DNA of 64,000 bases from Rikenellaceae bacterium (GCA_020859685.1 JAJBVT010000053.1:11809-75808), one strand, 5' to 3'; positions 34,505 to 45,464 are shown, numbered from the stretch's first letter. Numbers and translations: made by a program. The notes: a model not told the origin generated them from the letters alone.

Positions 34505-36073
34505 GTGGAGATGTATTTAAAAAAACCGCTATGTTTTATCGCCGCATTGGTGCTCTTTTTCGGTGCCTGTACCACCGACAATGATGCCGGTACTGATAAT
34601 AAAGAGGACCAGAATGCCAACCACTGGATCTACGACAGTATGAAGATCCACTACCTCTGGAACGACGAAATGCCCTCCAACCCCTCCTTCGGTAAGGATT
34701 ACGACGTTTTTTTCGAGTCTCTCCTTTCGGACAAAGACGGTAAGCACACCGACCTGGTCGACTACTATTACTCCTATATCTACAAATACGCCAACTCCAC
34801 GGCTTCCACAAGGGCTGAGGAGGACTACTATAAATCCACATACGGGTTCGATTATATCCTTACCCAGTCATACCTCTACGATGAAGAGATAAGTACAGGT
34901 ATTACAGATGAGTACCCCAAGATATACGCCACAATCGTCTACGTAACACCCGGTTCGCCCGCCGACAGCGCCAGGCTAACCCGCGGGGACCATATTTATA
35001 AGATAGGTGGCAGGGAGTTTTCACGCGACGGCTACGGTTCGCTTCTGGCACAGCTCACGGCCCCGATAGCCTCCTCGTCGTCGGTCTCATTCACCGTATG
35101 CGACCTCGAATTTATTCGCTGGATACCCTCCGTACTTGTGGATACCGGCGAACAGGTCAATGTGGCTCTGGTATCCCGGGATAGCGAGTCCGAACGAACC
35201 GTTACTCTCACGTCCACCTTTATGGACCAAAGTCCGATCTACCATTACAGCGTTATCGAAACAGGCGCACACCGTGTGGGTTATCTGGTATACAACGAGT
35301 TCGACAGCGGGGGAAGCCGCTATACCGTCTCCGGAGAGACGGCCGTGCAGGGGGTTTACCACAGTGAACTGAGGTCTGTATTCCAGCAGTTCTCCGGCAT
35401 TACCGACCTTGTGCTCGACCTGCGGTATAATCCCGGCGGGGAAGTACAGAACTGCCTGCTGCTGGCCAGCCTTATAGCCCCTCCGAGCCTCACCGGTCAG
35501 GTGTTCCAGACCATGGAGTTCAACGCCCGGACAAGGAGTCTGACCTATCCGTCCGAGCCTTACTCGATTTCGCTTCGGAGGATTTACGTCCTCGCCAGCA
35601 GTTACTCGGCTTCGGCTTCCGAGGCCCTGATGCACTGTCTGCGGGGTTCCGGCATAGAGGTTTATCATATAGGTTCCACCACGGAGGGTAAAAACGTAGG
35701 CTCGACGGTATTTACCACCGACGACCTGAATCCCGACAGTCAGTTGGTGCAGAACCTCGGAGGGTTGACCTACACCGCATATCCGATAACCTTCAGAATT
35801 TACGACGCGCAGGGTGAAACCTACTCACCGGACGGGCTGGTACCCGACTACACCATATACGAGGAGTTCGAGGTTGATTTCCTGCCGCTGGGCAACCGTG
35901 AAGAACCCCTGCTGAAAGCCGCCCTTAACCATATCACAACCGGGAACGCCGCACCTGCCGGCCGCGCAGCCTCCACGACATCCGTCGATGCCGTACCAGC
36001 CGTTCCGCCACGCATGCTCCGGAACTCCAAACCGGATAAAGGTTATATCTATAAAGAACCCGTAAAAAAGTAG
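34505..36073 (+). CDS. S41-family (tail-specific-like) peptidase lipoprotein
   Basis: 522 aa with a lipobox-like FGAC, a PDZ-like segment, DLRYNPGG, and the serine block SSYSASASEAL. Confidence 0.7.
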   Translation: MEMYLKKPLCFIAALVLFFGACTTDNDAGTDNKEDQNANHWIYDSMKIHYLWNDEMPSNPSFGKDYDVFFESLLSDKDGKHTDLVDYYYSYIYKYANSTASTRAEEDYYKSTYGFDYILTQSYLYDEEISTGITDEYPKIYATIVYVTPGSPADSARLTRGDHIYKIGGREFSRDGYGSLLAQLTAPIASSSSVSFTVCDLEFIRWIPSVLVDTGEQVNVALVSRDSESERTVTLTSTFMDQSPIYHYSVIETGAHRVGYLVYNEFDSGGSRYTVSGETAVQGVYHSELRSVFQQFSGITDLVLDLRYNPGGEVQNCLLLASLIAPPSLTGQVFQTMEFNARTRSLTYPSEPYSISLRRIYVLASSYSASASEALMHCLRGSGIEVYHIGSTTEGKNVGSTVFTTDDLNPDSQLVQNLGGLTYTAYPITFRIYDAQGETYSPDGLVPDYTIYEEFEVDFLPLGNREEPLLKAALNHITTGNAAPAGRAASTTSVDAVPAVPPRMLRNSKPDKGYIYKEPVKK

Positions 36074-36115
36074 TCCGAAACACAACAGTAACTCTGCCCT
36101 GCTCAGCGGTCAGAA

Positions 36116-36786
36116 ATGACAACAACCGTCTCTGTCCTGATTTCACTCCTGTACCTCGCTGCCTGATGCCGGTCGAACAGGGCGGGAGCCAACCCATCGA
36201 CTCTGGATACGGCGATTGCGGATGTCTACACCGAAAGGGATACGGATAAGAAATAGAGGAGCGGGAACCGCTGGCTCCCGGTTTCGTATCGCTCCGGGAA
36301 TACTATTCCACAGCGGAAATATCGTACATAAACAATGCAGGCAGTACCGGTATAGGTACCGTAAACCCGACCGGGAACCGTTTCGAAATATATAACTATA
36401 CCCATGGTGCAAGTCTGACCATCCGGGAATATTTAAACGCAGGATTATGTCGTGCCGCTGGTAAACAAACCCGGTTACGGGTAGTCGGCAGGTATTACGA
36501 AGTCTACCTCAACCCGGCCACCAGAGGATTCGTCAATGAGGAAGCATTTGAATTTTACTCTTGGGAACGGTTTTTCCTTGCGATAACCGGCATATGGACC
36601 GTGTAAGTTGACCACCGGAAAGACCCCGCATCACTCGTCCGATTCCGCGGGGAGGAGTTGATGCAAGTCGTGGAAGTGGACGGCGACTGGCTATACGTCA
36701 TCGAATCCACGGACGACCCCGACGAACCGGCCGAGGGGTCTTCTTGGTGGGTGAATGGCGCGACCCGGACGGCAACTTTCCAGTAG
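36116..36786 (+). pseudogene. Decayed lipoprotein/SH3-like gene (several stops and a frameshift)
   Basis: MTTTVSVLISLLYLAA, TGA, ...DKK, TAG. After a frame change: EEREPLAPGF...ITGIWTV, TAA, VDHRKDP..ELMQVVEVDGDWLYV...TATFQ, TAG. No single open frame. Confidence 0.5.
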
Positions 36787-36844
36787 CACCGGTATTTCTG
36801 ATGTAAGGTTCCGGGATTGCTACGGATTGAGAACTGTAAACAAA

Positions 36845-36878
36845 GCGCCCGGCCGGAATGATGATTCCGGCCGGGCGC
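36845..36878 (-). terminator. Intrinsic terminator of ppdK
   Basis: 15-bp perfect stem GCGCCCGGCCGGAAT/ATTCCGGCCGGGCGC with a 4-nt loop, followed on the minus strand by TTTGTTT. Its top lies 18 nt after the ppdK stop. Confidence 0.75.
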
Positions 36879-36896
36879 TATCGTGAAATGTCCCTA

Positions 36897-39620
36897 TTAC
36901 TGTTTCAATGCCGCATGAGCCGCCGCGAGACGGGCGATGGGCACCCGGAACGGGGAGCAGGAGACATAGTTCAGACCGGCAAAGTGGCAGAACTCCACGG
37001 AACTCGGCTCACCGCCGTGTTCGCCGCAGATACCGCACTTGAGTTCCGGGCGTACTCCGCGGCCTTTGAAAACGGCCTCCCTAACCAGTTGTCCCACACC
37101 GTTCTGGTCCAGAATCTGGAACGGATCGTTTTTCAGGATACCCTTTGCGAGGTAGACCGGAAGGAACTTGCCTATATCGTCACGAGAGAACCCGAGGGTC
37201 ATCTGCGTAAGGTCGTTCGTGCCGAACGAGAAGAATTCGGCCACCTCGGCAATCTGGTTGGCCGTAACGGCCGCACGGGGAACCTCAATCATGGTGCCGA
37301 CCATGTAGTCTATCTTGTCGTTTCTCTCGGCGAACACCTCCTCGGCTACCGAGTCGATAATCCGTTTCTGGTAGCGCAGCTCTTTGTGGTTGCCCACCAG
37401 CGGCACCATAATCTCCACATGCACCGGGATACCCTTTGCGCGCACGTTCATGGCCGCTTCGAGAATCGCACGGGCTTGCATTTCGGTTATTTCGGGATAG
37501 GTGTTGCCAAGCCGGCAGCCGCGGTGGCCGAGCATCGGGTTAACCTCTTCGAGAGCCTCCACCTTCTCCTTTATCCTCTCGAACGAGACGCCCATTTCAC
37601 CGGCCATCTCCTGCTGCTCCTTCTTGAAATGGGGAACGAACTCGTGAAGGGGCGGGTCGAGAAGGCGCACCGTCACCGGGTAGCCGTTCATCACCTCGAA
37701 CAGACCTTCGAAGTCCTCTCGCTGAATCGGCAGGAGTTTGGCCAGCGCCCTGCGTCGGCCCTGCTCGTCGTCCGCCAATATCATTTCGCGCACCGCTTTT
37801 ATCCTGTCCCCCTCGAAGAACATGTGCTCGGTACGGCACAGGCCGATACCCTGCGCACCGAACCGGAACGCCACCTGGGCGTCGTTCGGGGTATCGGCAT
37901 TGGCCCTTACCTTCAGGTGGGCGTACTTGCTGGTAAGCTCCATAAGATTTGCGAAATCTCCGTCCAGCTCGGCGGCCTTCGTGCCCACCCGGCCGAGGTA
38001 TACCTCCCCGGTAGTTCCGTTCAGCGAAATATAATCGCCCTCGTTGAGTACCTGTCCGCCCACTTCGAGCGTGCGGTTGCGGTAGTCCACCTTACACTCT
38101 CCGGCACCCGACACGCAGCATTTCCCCATCCCGCGTGCCACCACGGCCGCATGGGAGGTCATGCCGCCGCGGGCGGTAAGGATACCCTCGGCCACGTTCA
38201 TGCCCTTCAGGTCCTCGGGTGAGGTCTCTACGCGGACAAGAATAACTTTTTTGCCTTCCGCGTTCCACTTTTCGGCATCCTCGGCAAAGAACACAATCCG
38301 GCCCGTGGCGGCGCCAGGCGAGGCCGGAAGTCCTTTGGTAAGCACCTGCGCGCCCTTCATGGCGTCGGTGTCGAATACCGGGTGGAGCAGTTCGTCCAGC
38401 TTGGCAGGTTCGCAACGCAGCACGGCGGTCGGTTCGTCTATCAGACCTTCGCCGAGCATATCCATAGCTATCTTTACCATGGCCGCCCCGGTCCGCTTGC
38501 CGCTGCGGGTCTGGAGCATCCACAACTTGCCGTCCTGAATCGTAAACTCCAGGTCCTGCATATCGGTGAAATACTTCTCGAGGTTGTTCTGTATCGCATT
38601 CAACTCCGCATAAACTTCCGGCATAATCTCCTCGAGCGACGGGTATTTGGAGGCCCGCTCCTCTTCCGAGACGTTCTGCGCCACCGCCCAGCGGCGGGAA
38701 CCCTCAAGGGTTATCTGCTGCGGGGTACGGATACCTGCCACCACGTCCTCGCCCTGAGCGTTAACCAGATATTCGCCGTTGAATATGTTCTCGCCCGTCG
38801 CGGCGTCGCGTGTGAAGGCAACCCCGGTCGCCGAGTTACTGCCCATATTGCCGAACACCATCGCCTGCACGTTTACCGCCGTACCCCACTCGGCCGGGAT
38901 ATTGTTCAGTTTGCGATAGTAGATTGCGCGGTCGTTCATCCAGCTCTGGAACACGGCGTTCACCGCACCCCATAATTGCTCCCACGCGCAGGTCGGGAAG
39001 TCCTCGCCGGTCTGCCCTTTCACCGCCTCTTTGAAACGGGTCACGAGCTCTTTCAAATCGTCCGTCGTAAGGTCGGTGTCGTTCTCCACCCCCTTCTCCT
39101 CCTTCATCCGGTCGATTATCTCCTCGAACGGGTCGTGGCCCTCCTTGCTCTCGGGTTTCATACCCAGCACCACGTCGCCGTACATCTGTACGAAACGGCG
39201 GTAAGAATCCCACGCGAAACGCGGGTTACCCGTGCGGTTGGCAATGGCCTCCACCGTAATGTCGTTTAGACCGAGGTTAAGTATGGTGTCCATCATACCG
39301 GGCATCGACGCCCGGGCACCCGAACGCACCGAAACCAGAAGGGGGTTCGTCTCGCTGCCGAACTCCGTGCCGGTCAGGCTCTCGACCCCCTTTATAGCTT
39401 TTTCGACTTCCGGACGAATAAGTTCGATAACCTTCTCCTTACCCTCCTTGTAATATTCGGCGCACACCTCGGTGGTGATGGTGAACCCGGGGGGCACCGG
39501 TATTCCTATAAGGTTCATTTCAGCCAGGTTGGCACCCTTGCCGCCCAGCAACTCTTTCATTTTGCCGTTGCCCTCGGCTTCCTTGTTCCCGAAGGTGTAA
39601 ACTCTCTTAGTGTTTGGCAT
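36897..39620 (-). CDS. ppdK: Pyruvate, phosphate dikinase
   Basis: 907 aa. Phosphohistidine region TARGGMTSHAAVVARGMGK, and PEP-utilising C-terminal domain GICGEHGG. Confidence 0.95.
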   Translation of the reverse strand: MPNTKRVYTFGNKEAEGNGKMKELLGGKGANLAEMNLIGIPVPPGFTITTEVCAEYYKEGKEKVIELIRPEVEKAIKGVESLTGTEFGSETNPLLVSVRSGARASMPGMMDTILNLGLNDITVEAIANRTGNPRFAWDSYRRFVQMYGDVVLGMKPESKEGHDPFEEIIDRMKEEKGVENDTDLTTDDLKELVTRFKEAVKGQTGEDFPTCAWEQLWGAVNAVFQSWMNDRAIYYRKLNNIPAEWGTAVNVQAMVFGNMGSNSATGVAFTRDAATGENIFNGEYLVNAQGEDVVAGIRTPQQITLEGSRRWAVAQNVSEEERASKYPSLEEIMPEVYAELNAIQNNLEKYFTDMQDLEFTIQDGKLWMLQTRSGKRTGAAMVKIAMDMLGEGLIDEPTAVLRCEPAKLDELLHPVFDTDAMKGAQVLTKGLPASPGAATGRIVFFAEDAEKWNAEGKKVILVRVETSPEDLKGMNVAEGILTARGGMTSHAAVVARGMGKCCVSGAGECKVDYRNRTLEVGGQVLNEGDYISLNGTTGEVYLGRVGTKAAELDGDFANLMELTSKYAHLKVRANADTPNDAQVAFRFGAQGIGLCRTEHMFFEGDRIKAVREMILADDEQGRRRALAKLLPIQREDFEGLFEVMNGYPVTVRLLDPPLHEFVPHFKKEQQEMAGEMGVSFERIKEKVEALEEVNPMLGHRGCRLGNTYPEITEMQARAILEAAMNVRAKGIPVHVEIMVPLVGNHKELRYQKRIIDSVAEEVFAERNDKIDYMVGTMIEVPRAAVTANQIAEVAEFFSFGTNDLTQMTLGFSRDDIGKFLPVYLAKGILKNDPFQILDQNGVGQLVREAVFKGRGVRPELKCGICGEHGGEPSSVEFCHFAGLNYVSCSPFRVPIARLAAAHAALKQ

Positions 39621-39728
39621 ATCGGTATATTATAGTTGTTTTATCGGTTAGCGCCACAATGATTGCGAATATAACCATTTTTTGGCCAAAAATCACACAC
39701 CGCAGCACACACCTTTTCCTGAAAGATG

Positions 39729-39742
39729 TGTGTGCGCACACA
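39729..39742. promoter_or_regulatory. Perfect palindrome TGTGTGCGCACACA, 109 nt upstream of the ppdK start (candidate operator)
   Basis: A near-identical 14-mer, TGTGTGCGTACACA, lies at 43407-43420, 107 nt upstream of the glycogen-debranching gene. Confidence 0.35.
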
Positions 39743-39767
39743 ATGGTATGATTGATTTTTCGGCTTC

Positions 39768-40253
39768 TTATTCCCTGCGCCGGTAGTTTACATAGCGGAA
39801 GGGATAGGGATATTTTTCACCGCGGGGATGGTAATCCGACGACTCCTCCCTCCAGAGTGCCGGGTCGATAACGGGAAAGACGGTGTCCCCTTCGTAATTG
39901 TGCAGGACTTCAGTAATGTATAACCTGTCGGAGAGGGGCATCGCCTGCCGGTATATTTCACCGCCGCCGATTATGAAAACCTCCTCTTCGGCCGGAAACA
40001 TGTCAACGGCTTTCTCGAGCGAGGAAGCCACGGCGGCGCCCTCCGCCCGGTAATCCGGATTACGGGTTATTATCACGTTGCTACGGTCGGGCAGGGGCCT
40101 GCCGAGCGACTCGAAAGTTTTGCGGCCCATCACCACCGGGTGGCCCGTGGTGATGGCCTTGAACCTGCGCAGGTCCTCCGGGATGTGCCATAGCAGTCGG
40201 TTGTCACCACCTATGACCCCGTTTTGCGCTACGGCCACTATAATCGAAATCAT
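39768..40253 (-). CDS. folA: Dihydrofolate reductase
   Basis: 161 aa. [39 protein letters not shown]. Confidence 0.9.
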   Translation of the reverse strand: MISIIVAVAQNGVIGGDNRLLWHIPEDLRRFKAITTGHPVVMGRKTFESLGRPLPDRSNVIITRNPDYRAEGAAVASSLEKAVDMFPAEEEVFIIGGGEIYRQAMPLSDRLYITEVLHNYEGDTVFPVIDPALWREESSDYHPRGEKYPYPFRYVNYRRRE

Positions 40254-41044
40254 ACGGCTATGGGGGCTTTAATTGTCGGGTACGGGTCGTAACCCCGAAG
40301 GTCGAAATCCTCGTAACGGAAATCGAAAACCGACTTCACGTCCGGGTTTATGACCATTTGCGGTAAGGGACGCGGAGAGCGTTCCAGTTGTGTATCCGCC
40401 TGTTCGAGGTGGTTGAGATAGAGATGCGCGTCCCCGAGGGTGTGTACGAAGTCCCCTGCGGCAAGGTCCGTGACCTGCGCCACCATCATCGTAAGAAGCG
40501 CGTACGACGCTATATTGAACGGCACCCCCAAAAACACGTCGGCGCTTCGCTGGTACAGTTGGCACGACAGCCTGCCATCGGCCACGTAGAACTGGAACAG
40601 AGCGTGGCACGGCGGCAGAGCCATACTGCCTATTTCGGCCACGTTCCACGCACTGACGATATGGCGGCGCGAGTCGGGATTACTCTTTATGGAGTCGACC
40701 ACCTGCGATATCTGGTCTATATGCCGCCCGTCGGGGGAGGGCCAGCTCCGCCACTGGTAACCGTAAACGGGACCGAGGTTACCCTCGGCATCGGCCCATT
40801 CGTCCCAGATTGTGACCTTATTGTCGTGAAGGTATTTGATATTCGTATCGCCCGAGAGGAACCAGAGCAGTTCGTGGATTATCGAGCGCAGGTGCAGCTT
40901 CTTGGTCGTCAGCACGGGAAACCCTTCCGCGAGGTCGAACCGCATCTGGTGGCCGAAGACACTCAGGGTGCCCGTACCGGTACGGTCGCCCTTACGGACC
41001 CCTTCAGATTTTATCCTGCTTAATAGGTCTAAATATTGCCGCAT
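40250..41044 (-). CDS. thyA: Thymidylate synthase
   Basis: Start at [15 protein letters not shown], active-site ALPPCH. 264 aa. 4-nt overlap with folA. Confidence 0.9.
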   Translation of the reverse strand: MRQYLDLLSRIKSEGVRKGDRTGTGTLSVFGHQMRFDLAEGFPVLTTKKLHLRSIIHELLWFLSGDTNIKYLHDNKVTIWDEWADAEGNLGPVYGYQWRSWPSPDGRHIDQISQVVDSIKSNPDSRRHIVSAWNVAEIGSMALPPCHALFQFYVADGRLSCQLYQRSADVFLGVPFNIASYALLTMMVAQVTDLAAGDFVHTLGDAHLYLNHLEQADTQLERSPRPLPQMVINPDVKSVFDFRYEDFDLRGYDPYPTIKAPIAV

Positions 41045-41817
41045 ACGGGTTTGAATTTTGTGACCCCTTCCGGGCCGAAACACCTCAGTTCCATGCGGCC
41101 CTCCCTGTCCATTACGGCATAGGCCGGGCTGTAAAGCCATTCGCCGAGGAACACGGCGGTCGAACCGCCGCCCATGTCGTATATATGTGCGCAGTGGATG
41201 TGCCCGAATACGAAATAATCTACGTTGACGGTCCTCACGGCATCCTTATAAGCGCGGGCGTACTGGATTAGATATTCCTTCTCTCCGCAGAACACATGAG
41301 TCTTGGCGTGCGCCTTGCGGCTCTGCTGCGACCACCACCTGCCGAACCGCATAGCGGAATTTGGGTGGATAAGCCCTGTGAATAACCGGCGCAGCCATTT
41401 GGAATGGAACCCGGCGTGCATTACCTTCTCAAGGAACGGTTTCCTGATATACATGTTATCTCCGTGGGCCACGAAAACCTCCCTGCCGGCCAGCTCGAAA
41501 ACTTCCGGTTTGTAGTGGATTTTCAGTCCGCACTCGGTGGACAGGTAGTCGTATGCCCACATATCGTGGTTACCCACGAAAAAATGGACTGGTATGCCGC
41601 GGTCGGTAAGTTCCGAGAATTTCCCCAGCAGGCGGGTAAAGCCCTTGGGCACCACCCGCTTGTACTCGAACCAGAAATCGAAGATGTCCCCCACGAGGAA
41701 TATGGCATCGGCATCGGCCGAAACTTCCTCGAGCCACCGTACGAAAAGGCGCTCCCTCTCGGCCGAAGAGGTGGCCGCATCGAGGCCCAGGTGGACGTCC
41801 GCCGCAAAGTAGTACAT
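41029..41817 (-). CDS. lpxH: UDP-2,3-diacylglucosamine diphosphatase
   Basis: Start at [12 protein letters not shown]. Metallophosphoesterase motifs GDIFDFW and GNHDMW. The upstream extension in the track ORF has no homology-like features. Confidence 0.75.
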   Translation of the reverse strand: MYYFAADVHLGLDAATSSAERERLFVRWLEEVSADADAIFLVGDIFDFWFEYKRVVPKGFTRLLGKFSELTDRGIPVHFFVGNHDMWAYDYLSTECGLKIHYKPEVFELAGREVFVAHGDNMYIRKPFLEKVMHAGFHSKWLRRLFTGLIHPNSAMRFGRWWSQQSRKAHAKTHVFCGEKEYLIQYARAYKDAVRTVNVDYFVFGHIHCAHIYDMGGGSTAVFLGEWLYSPAYAVMDREGRMELRCFGPEGVTKFKPVCGNI

Positions 41818-41966
41818 GGGTCTTTCGGTTATTCGTTTTATTAAGGGGCGGGCACTTACCGTGCCGTCTGTAAATTCGGAGTCTCCGGAATATGCTTTGC
41901 CAGCTGTTGTCCGGTCCGCAAATCGGCACCGGTCCACCATAGCCGACCCGGCCGGGAAGGCCTTGC

Positions 41967-43109
41967 CTAAAGCAGCTCCCGGATTTTCTTCTCGAGGTTC
42001 TCCCCGTAGAGGTCGCGGCCCGCTATCTCGCCGTTGCGGTCGATAATAAAGTTCGACGGCACCTGCTGCACGTTGAAAAGCGTTACCGGCAGCGAAGACG
42101 AACCGCGGAAATCGTTGACGCTTATCCACGGCAGACGCTGGTCCTGCACGGCCAAAACCCAGTCCGACTTGGTGCGGTCCACGCTTACCTGATATATCTC
42201 GAAACCCGAATTCCTGTATTTGTTATAAATTTCTTTCAGTTCGGCGTTCAGAAGCCGGTTGTCGGCCGAGGTTACGGTCCAGAAATCGAGCAGGATAACC
42301 TGACCTGACAGTGACGACAGGCGGTGTGTATTGTCGTACATATCCTTCATCTCGAAGTCGGGATACCCCAGTCCGTCCTCGCCGAGCTTCTCCTCGAACA
42401 TCTGAACCAGCCTCATCTGCGAATCCATCGCCTCGACCTCCTTTTGCAGAGCGGCCACATAGGGCGACGAGGGAAAATATTTGGAGGTGGAATCGGCCAC
42501 AAGGCGGTAATATATAAGGTCGTTGGTGCCGTTGAACAGGTCGTCGTTCGGCAGACGCTGGTACAGGGCGTAGACGGCCGACAGGGAATTACTGTTGAGG
42601 ATTATGAACTCGATATGTTCCCTTTTGAGCTTGTAATAGGTGTTTATGTAGTCGCGGTAAAGGTCCTGTTTACCGTCGTCGTCCGCGACGGCGTAGAGGT
42701 TGAAAAGCGAGTCGAGCGCATTGGTCCCCTGACTGAAAATCTCGCCGAGGCGCTTGAGCTCCTGAGACCCTTCCGAACCTTCCACCGTATAATTACGGGA
42801 AAGACTTCCCACCGTGTGTACCTTGACCTTCTCACCCGGCGAGAGCAGGAGCGGAATGCGTTCCTGCCTGCACAACAGGTTATAGATCGTGGCCTGTCCG
42901 TCCGGCAGGCTGACTTTCAGGCTGAAATAGCCCTTGTCGTCGGTGGCCACCGAATCCACGATTTCCTGCGACCCGGGCAGTACCTGCTCGAGATAAACCA
43001 TCCGGTTATCGTTACCCAGCAGGCGTCCGCTAACCGATGCCCGGTCGCCGGAGCAGCCGGTCAGCAGGCATCCCCCCACCAGTGAAAGTCCTATCAAGAT
43101 ATTTCTCAT
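41967..43109 (-). CDS. TlpA/ResA-like thioredoxin-fold lipoprotein lacking the CXXC motif
   Basis: Start at MRNILIGLSLVGGCLLTGCSG (lipobox). The C-terminal thioredoxin fold reads ILLDFWTVTSADNR where the family has DFWASWCGPC. Confidence 0.65.
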   Translation of the reverse strand: MRNILIGLSLVGGCLLTGCSGDRASVSGRLLGNDNRMVYLEQVLPGSQEIVDSVATDDKGYFSLKVSLPDGQATIYNLLCRQERIPLLLSPGEKVKVHTVGSLSRNYTVEGSEGSQELKRLGEIFSQGTNALDSLFNLYAVADDDGKQDLYRDYINTYYKLKREHIEFIILNSNSLSAVYALYQRLPNDDLFNGTNDLIYYRLVADSTSKYFPSSPYVAALQKEVEAMDSQMRLVQMFEEKLGEDGLGYPDFEMKDMYDNTHRLSSLSGQVILLDFWTVTSADNRLLNAELKEIYNKYRNSGFEIYQVSVDRTKSDWVLAVQDQRLPWISVNDFRGSSSLPVTLFNVQQVPSNFIIDRNGEIAGRDLYGENLEKKIRELL

Positions 43110-43406
43110 CTCCCGATTTTTTCTAAACAGCAAATATAGGTATATTTTTATATTCCCGGCCAATCCCGCTCCCGGTACGCTGTAATTAACGGTTAGGCCG
43201 TCCGGACTTTCCGGATGCCGTGACGGACTGCTCCGGCCGCACGGCATGATTTTGGCGGATTGCCCCGCCGTGACGTTAATATATCGTTATTTTCCGGCGA
43301 CCGCGAACTTTCCCCGCGGCTTAATTCGTTATTATAACGTAAATTGCATACACCCGATTGCACGGATAAAATGTTTTTTCATGTAAAAATTCGCATCGGG
43401 ACCCCG

Positions 43407-43420
43407 TGTGTGCGTACACA
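43407..43420. promoter_or_regulatory. TGTGTGCGTACACA, second copy of the candidate operator
   Basis: Matches 39729-39742 at 13 of 14 positions. Lies in the divergent region between the TlpA-like gene and the alpha-glucan cluster. Confidence 0.35.
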
Positions 43421-43526
43421 CCGGAGGGTCGGATAAAAGTTGTTTGATAATTGATAAAAATGTCATATATTTACAGTTAACGAAACCATCCTATTACAGT
43501 GAGTTTGCATATTATAATAATCCGTT

Positions 43527-45464
43527 ATGTCAGTTCTGAAATTTGACAAAGACCTCCTGGGCAACCTCGAATACTCCCTGCGCCGCGAAATGCTCAGCAC
43601 CGACCGTTCGGGCGGTTATATGAGTACCACCATCGTCTGCTGCAATACCCGTAAGTACCACGGTCTGATGGTCTGCCCCATAGACGGGATGGACGATAAG
43701 AACTACGTCCTGCTCTCGTCGCTCGACGAAACCGTCATCCAGCACGACCAGTCGTTCAACCTCGCAATCCACCGTTTCCCCGGCATCTACGAACCGAGGG
43801 GCCATAAATATATTACCGACTTTAACTATACACCTACCCCGACGATAACATACCGGGTGGGAGGAGTCCTGCTGAAAAAAGAGATGCTGTGGATACACTC
43901 GCGTACACAGTTATTAATCCGGTACACCTTGCTGGAAGCCCGTTCCGAGACACGCCTTCGGCTCCGGCCCTTCCTCGCGTTCCGGGACGCACATACGGTA
44001 ACCACGGCCAACATGTTCGCCGACGGTCATACCTACCCGATACCTTCGGGAGTGAAATGCCGCCTGTACGAGCACTTCCCGTGGCTGATGATGCAGACCG
44101 ACAAGCCTTCGGAGTTCGTCCCGGCGCCGGACTGGTACTACTCGTTCGAATACCCGGAGGAGGCCGAGAGGGGCTACCCGTTCCGGGAGGACCTGATGAC
44201 CACCGGGTTTTTCGAGGTGGAAATCAAAAAAGGGGAGAGTATTATTTTCTCGTGCGCATTCGATGAAGCCGACCCGGCCTCCATCGCAGATATGTTCGAG
44301 AACGAACTTGCCAAGCGCTCCAATAAGATAGATTTCCTGTCGTGCCTGCGTCACTCGGCAAGGCAGTTCGTAATACGCAGGGGCGACCGTGCGGAGGTTA
44401 TCGCAGGCTACCCGTGGTTCGGCCGCTGGGGGCGGGATACGTTTATCGCACTTCCCGGCATTACCCTCTCGCAGGGCCGTATCGAGGACTGTACGGACGT
44501 GCTTGATACCATGACCCGCGAAATGAAGGACGGCTTGTTCCCCAATATGGGCACCGCATACAACTCGGTGGACGCGCCTCTCTGGTTCTTCTGGACACTT
44601 CAGCAGCTCGAGAAACACGTCGGGATGGGACCGATACGGGAAAAATATTACTGTAAGATGAAGGATATCCTTGCCGCCTACAAACGGGGCATAGGCGAAT
44701 ATATAAGGGTCCACGAGAACGGACTGGTGTGGGCTTCCAACCCCACCCATGCCATGACCTGGATGGACGCCGTGGTGGACGGCAGGCCCGTGACGGGCCG
44801 TGACGGCTACCAGGTGGAGATAAACGCCCTCTGGTACAACGCCATCTGCTATATTTTGCGGCTGGCGGAAGAGTTCGGGGACGGGGAGTTCCAAGAAAAA
44901 TGGTGCGGCGAACCGGAACTGGTTAAGCAATCGTTCCTCGAGACGTTCTGGTATCAGGGCGAAGGTTATCTGGCCGACTATGTGGACGGACGGGGGCAGA
45001 ACGTATTCATCCGGCCCAATCAGATAATCGCCTGTTCGCTGGAGTTCGTGATGCTCGACGACGCACGCGTCCTGTCGGTGATACAGACCATTAAACAACA
45101 CCTGTTGACCCCGAAAGGGCTTCGAACCCTGTCGCCACGCAACCCGCTTTACCAAGGCCGGTACGGGGGCGACCAGCCCACGCGCGACCGGCAGTACCAT
45201 CAGGGCACGGTATGGCCGTGGCTGCTGGAACACTACGCGGCAGCTAACTTCCGGCTCTACGGCAAAGCGTTCCTGCATGAGGCGGAAGACCTGCTGCGAG
45301 GCTTCGAGGAGGATATTTCGAGCTACGGTATAGGTTCCATCAGCGAGATATACGACGGCGACCCGCCGCATGCCCAGAGGGGTGCCCCCTCACAGGCATG
45401 GAGCGTGGGCGCGGTTCTGCGTATAAACGAGATGGTGGAATCGTACGGCGGAAGTATCGAGTAG
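43527..45464 (+). CDS. Glycogen-debranching-enzyme family protein (amylo-alpha-1,6-glucosidase, GDE_C type)
   Basis: 645 aa. GYPWFGRWGRDTFIALPG and a six-hairpin C-terminal region. Confidence 0.8.
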   Translation: MSVLKFDKDLLGNLEYSLRREMLSTDRSGGYMSTTIVCCNTRKYHGLMVCPIDGMDDKNYVLLSSLDETVIQHDQSFNLAIHRFPGIYEPRGHKYITDFNYTPTPTITYRVGGVLLKKEMLWIHSRTQLLIRYTLLEARSETRLRLRPFLAFRDAHTVTTANMFADGHTYPIPSGVKCRLYEHFPWLMMQTDKPSEFVPAPDWYYSFEYPEEAERGYPFREDLMTTGFFEVEIKKGESIIFSCAFDEADPASIADMFENELAKRSNKIDFLSCLRHSARQFVIRRGDRAEVIAGYPWFGRWGRDTFIALPGITLSQGRIEDCTDVLDTMTREMKDGLFPNMGTAYNSVDAPLWFFWTLQQLEKHVGMGPIREKYYCKMKDILAAYKRGIGEYIRVHENGLVWASNPTHAMTWMDAVVDGRPVTGRDGYQVEINALWYNAICYILRLAEEFGDGEFQEKWCGEPELVKQSFLETFWYQGEGYLADYVDGRGQNVFIRPNQIIACSLEFVMLDDARVLSVIQTIKQHLLTPKGLRTLSPRNPLYQGRYGGDQPTRDRQYHQGTVWPWLLEHYAAANFRLYGKAFLHEAEDLLRGFEEDISSYGIGSISEIYDGDPPHAQRGAPSQAWSVGAVLRINEMVESYGGSIE

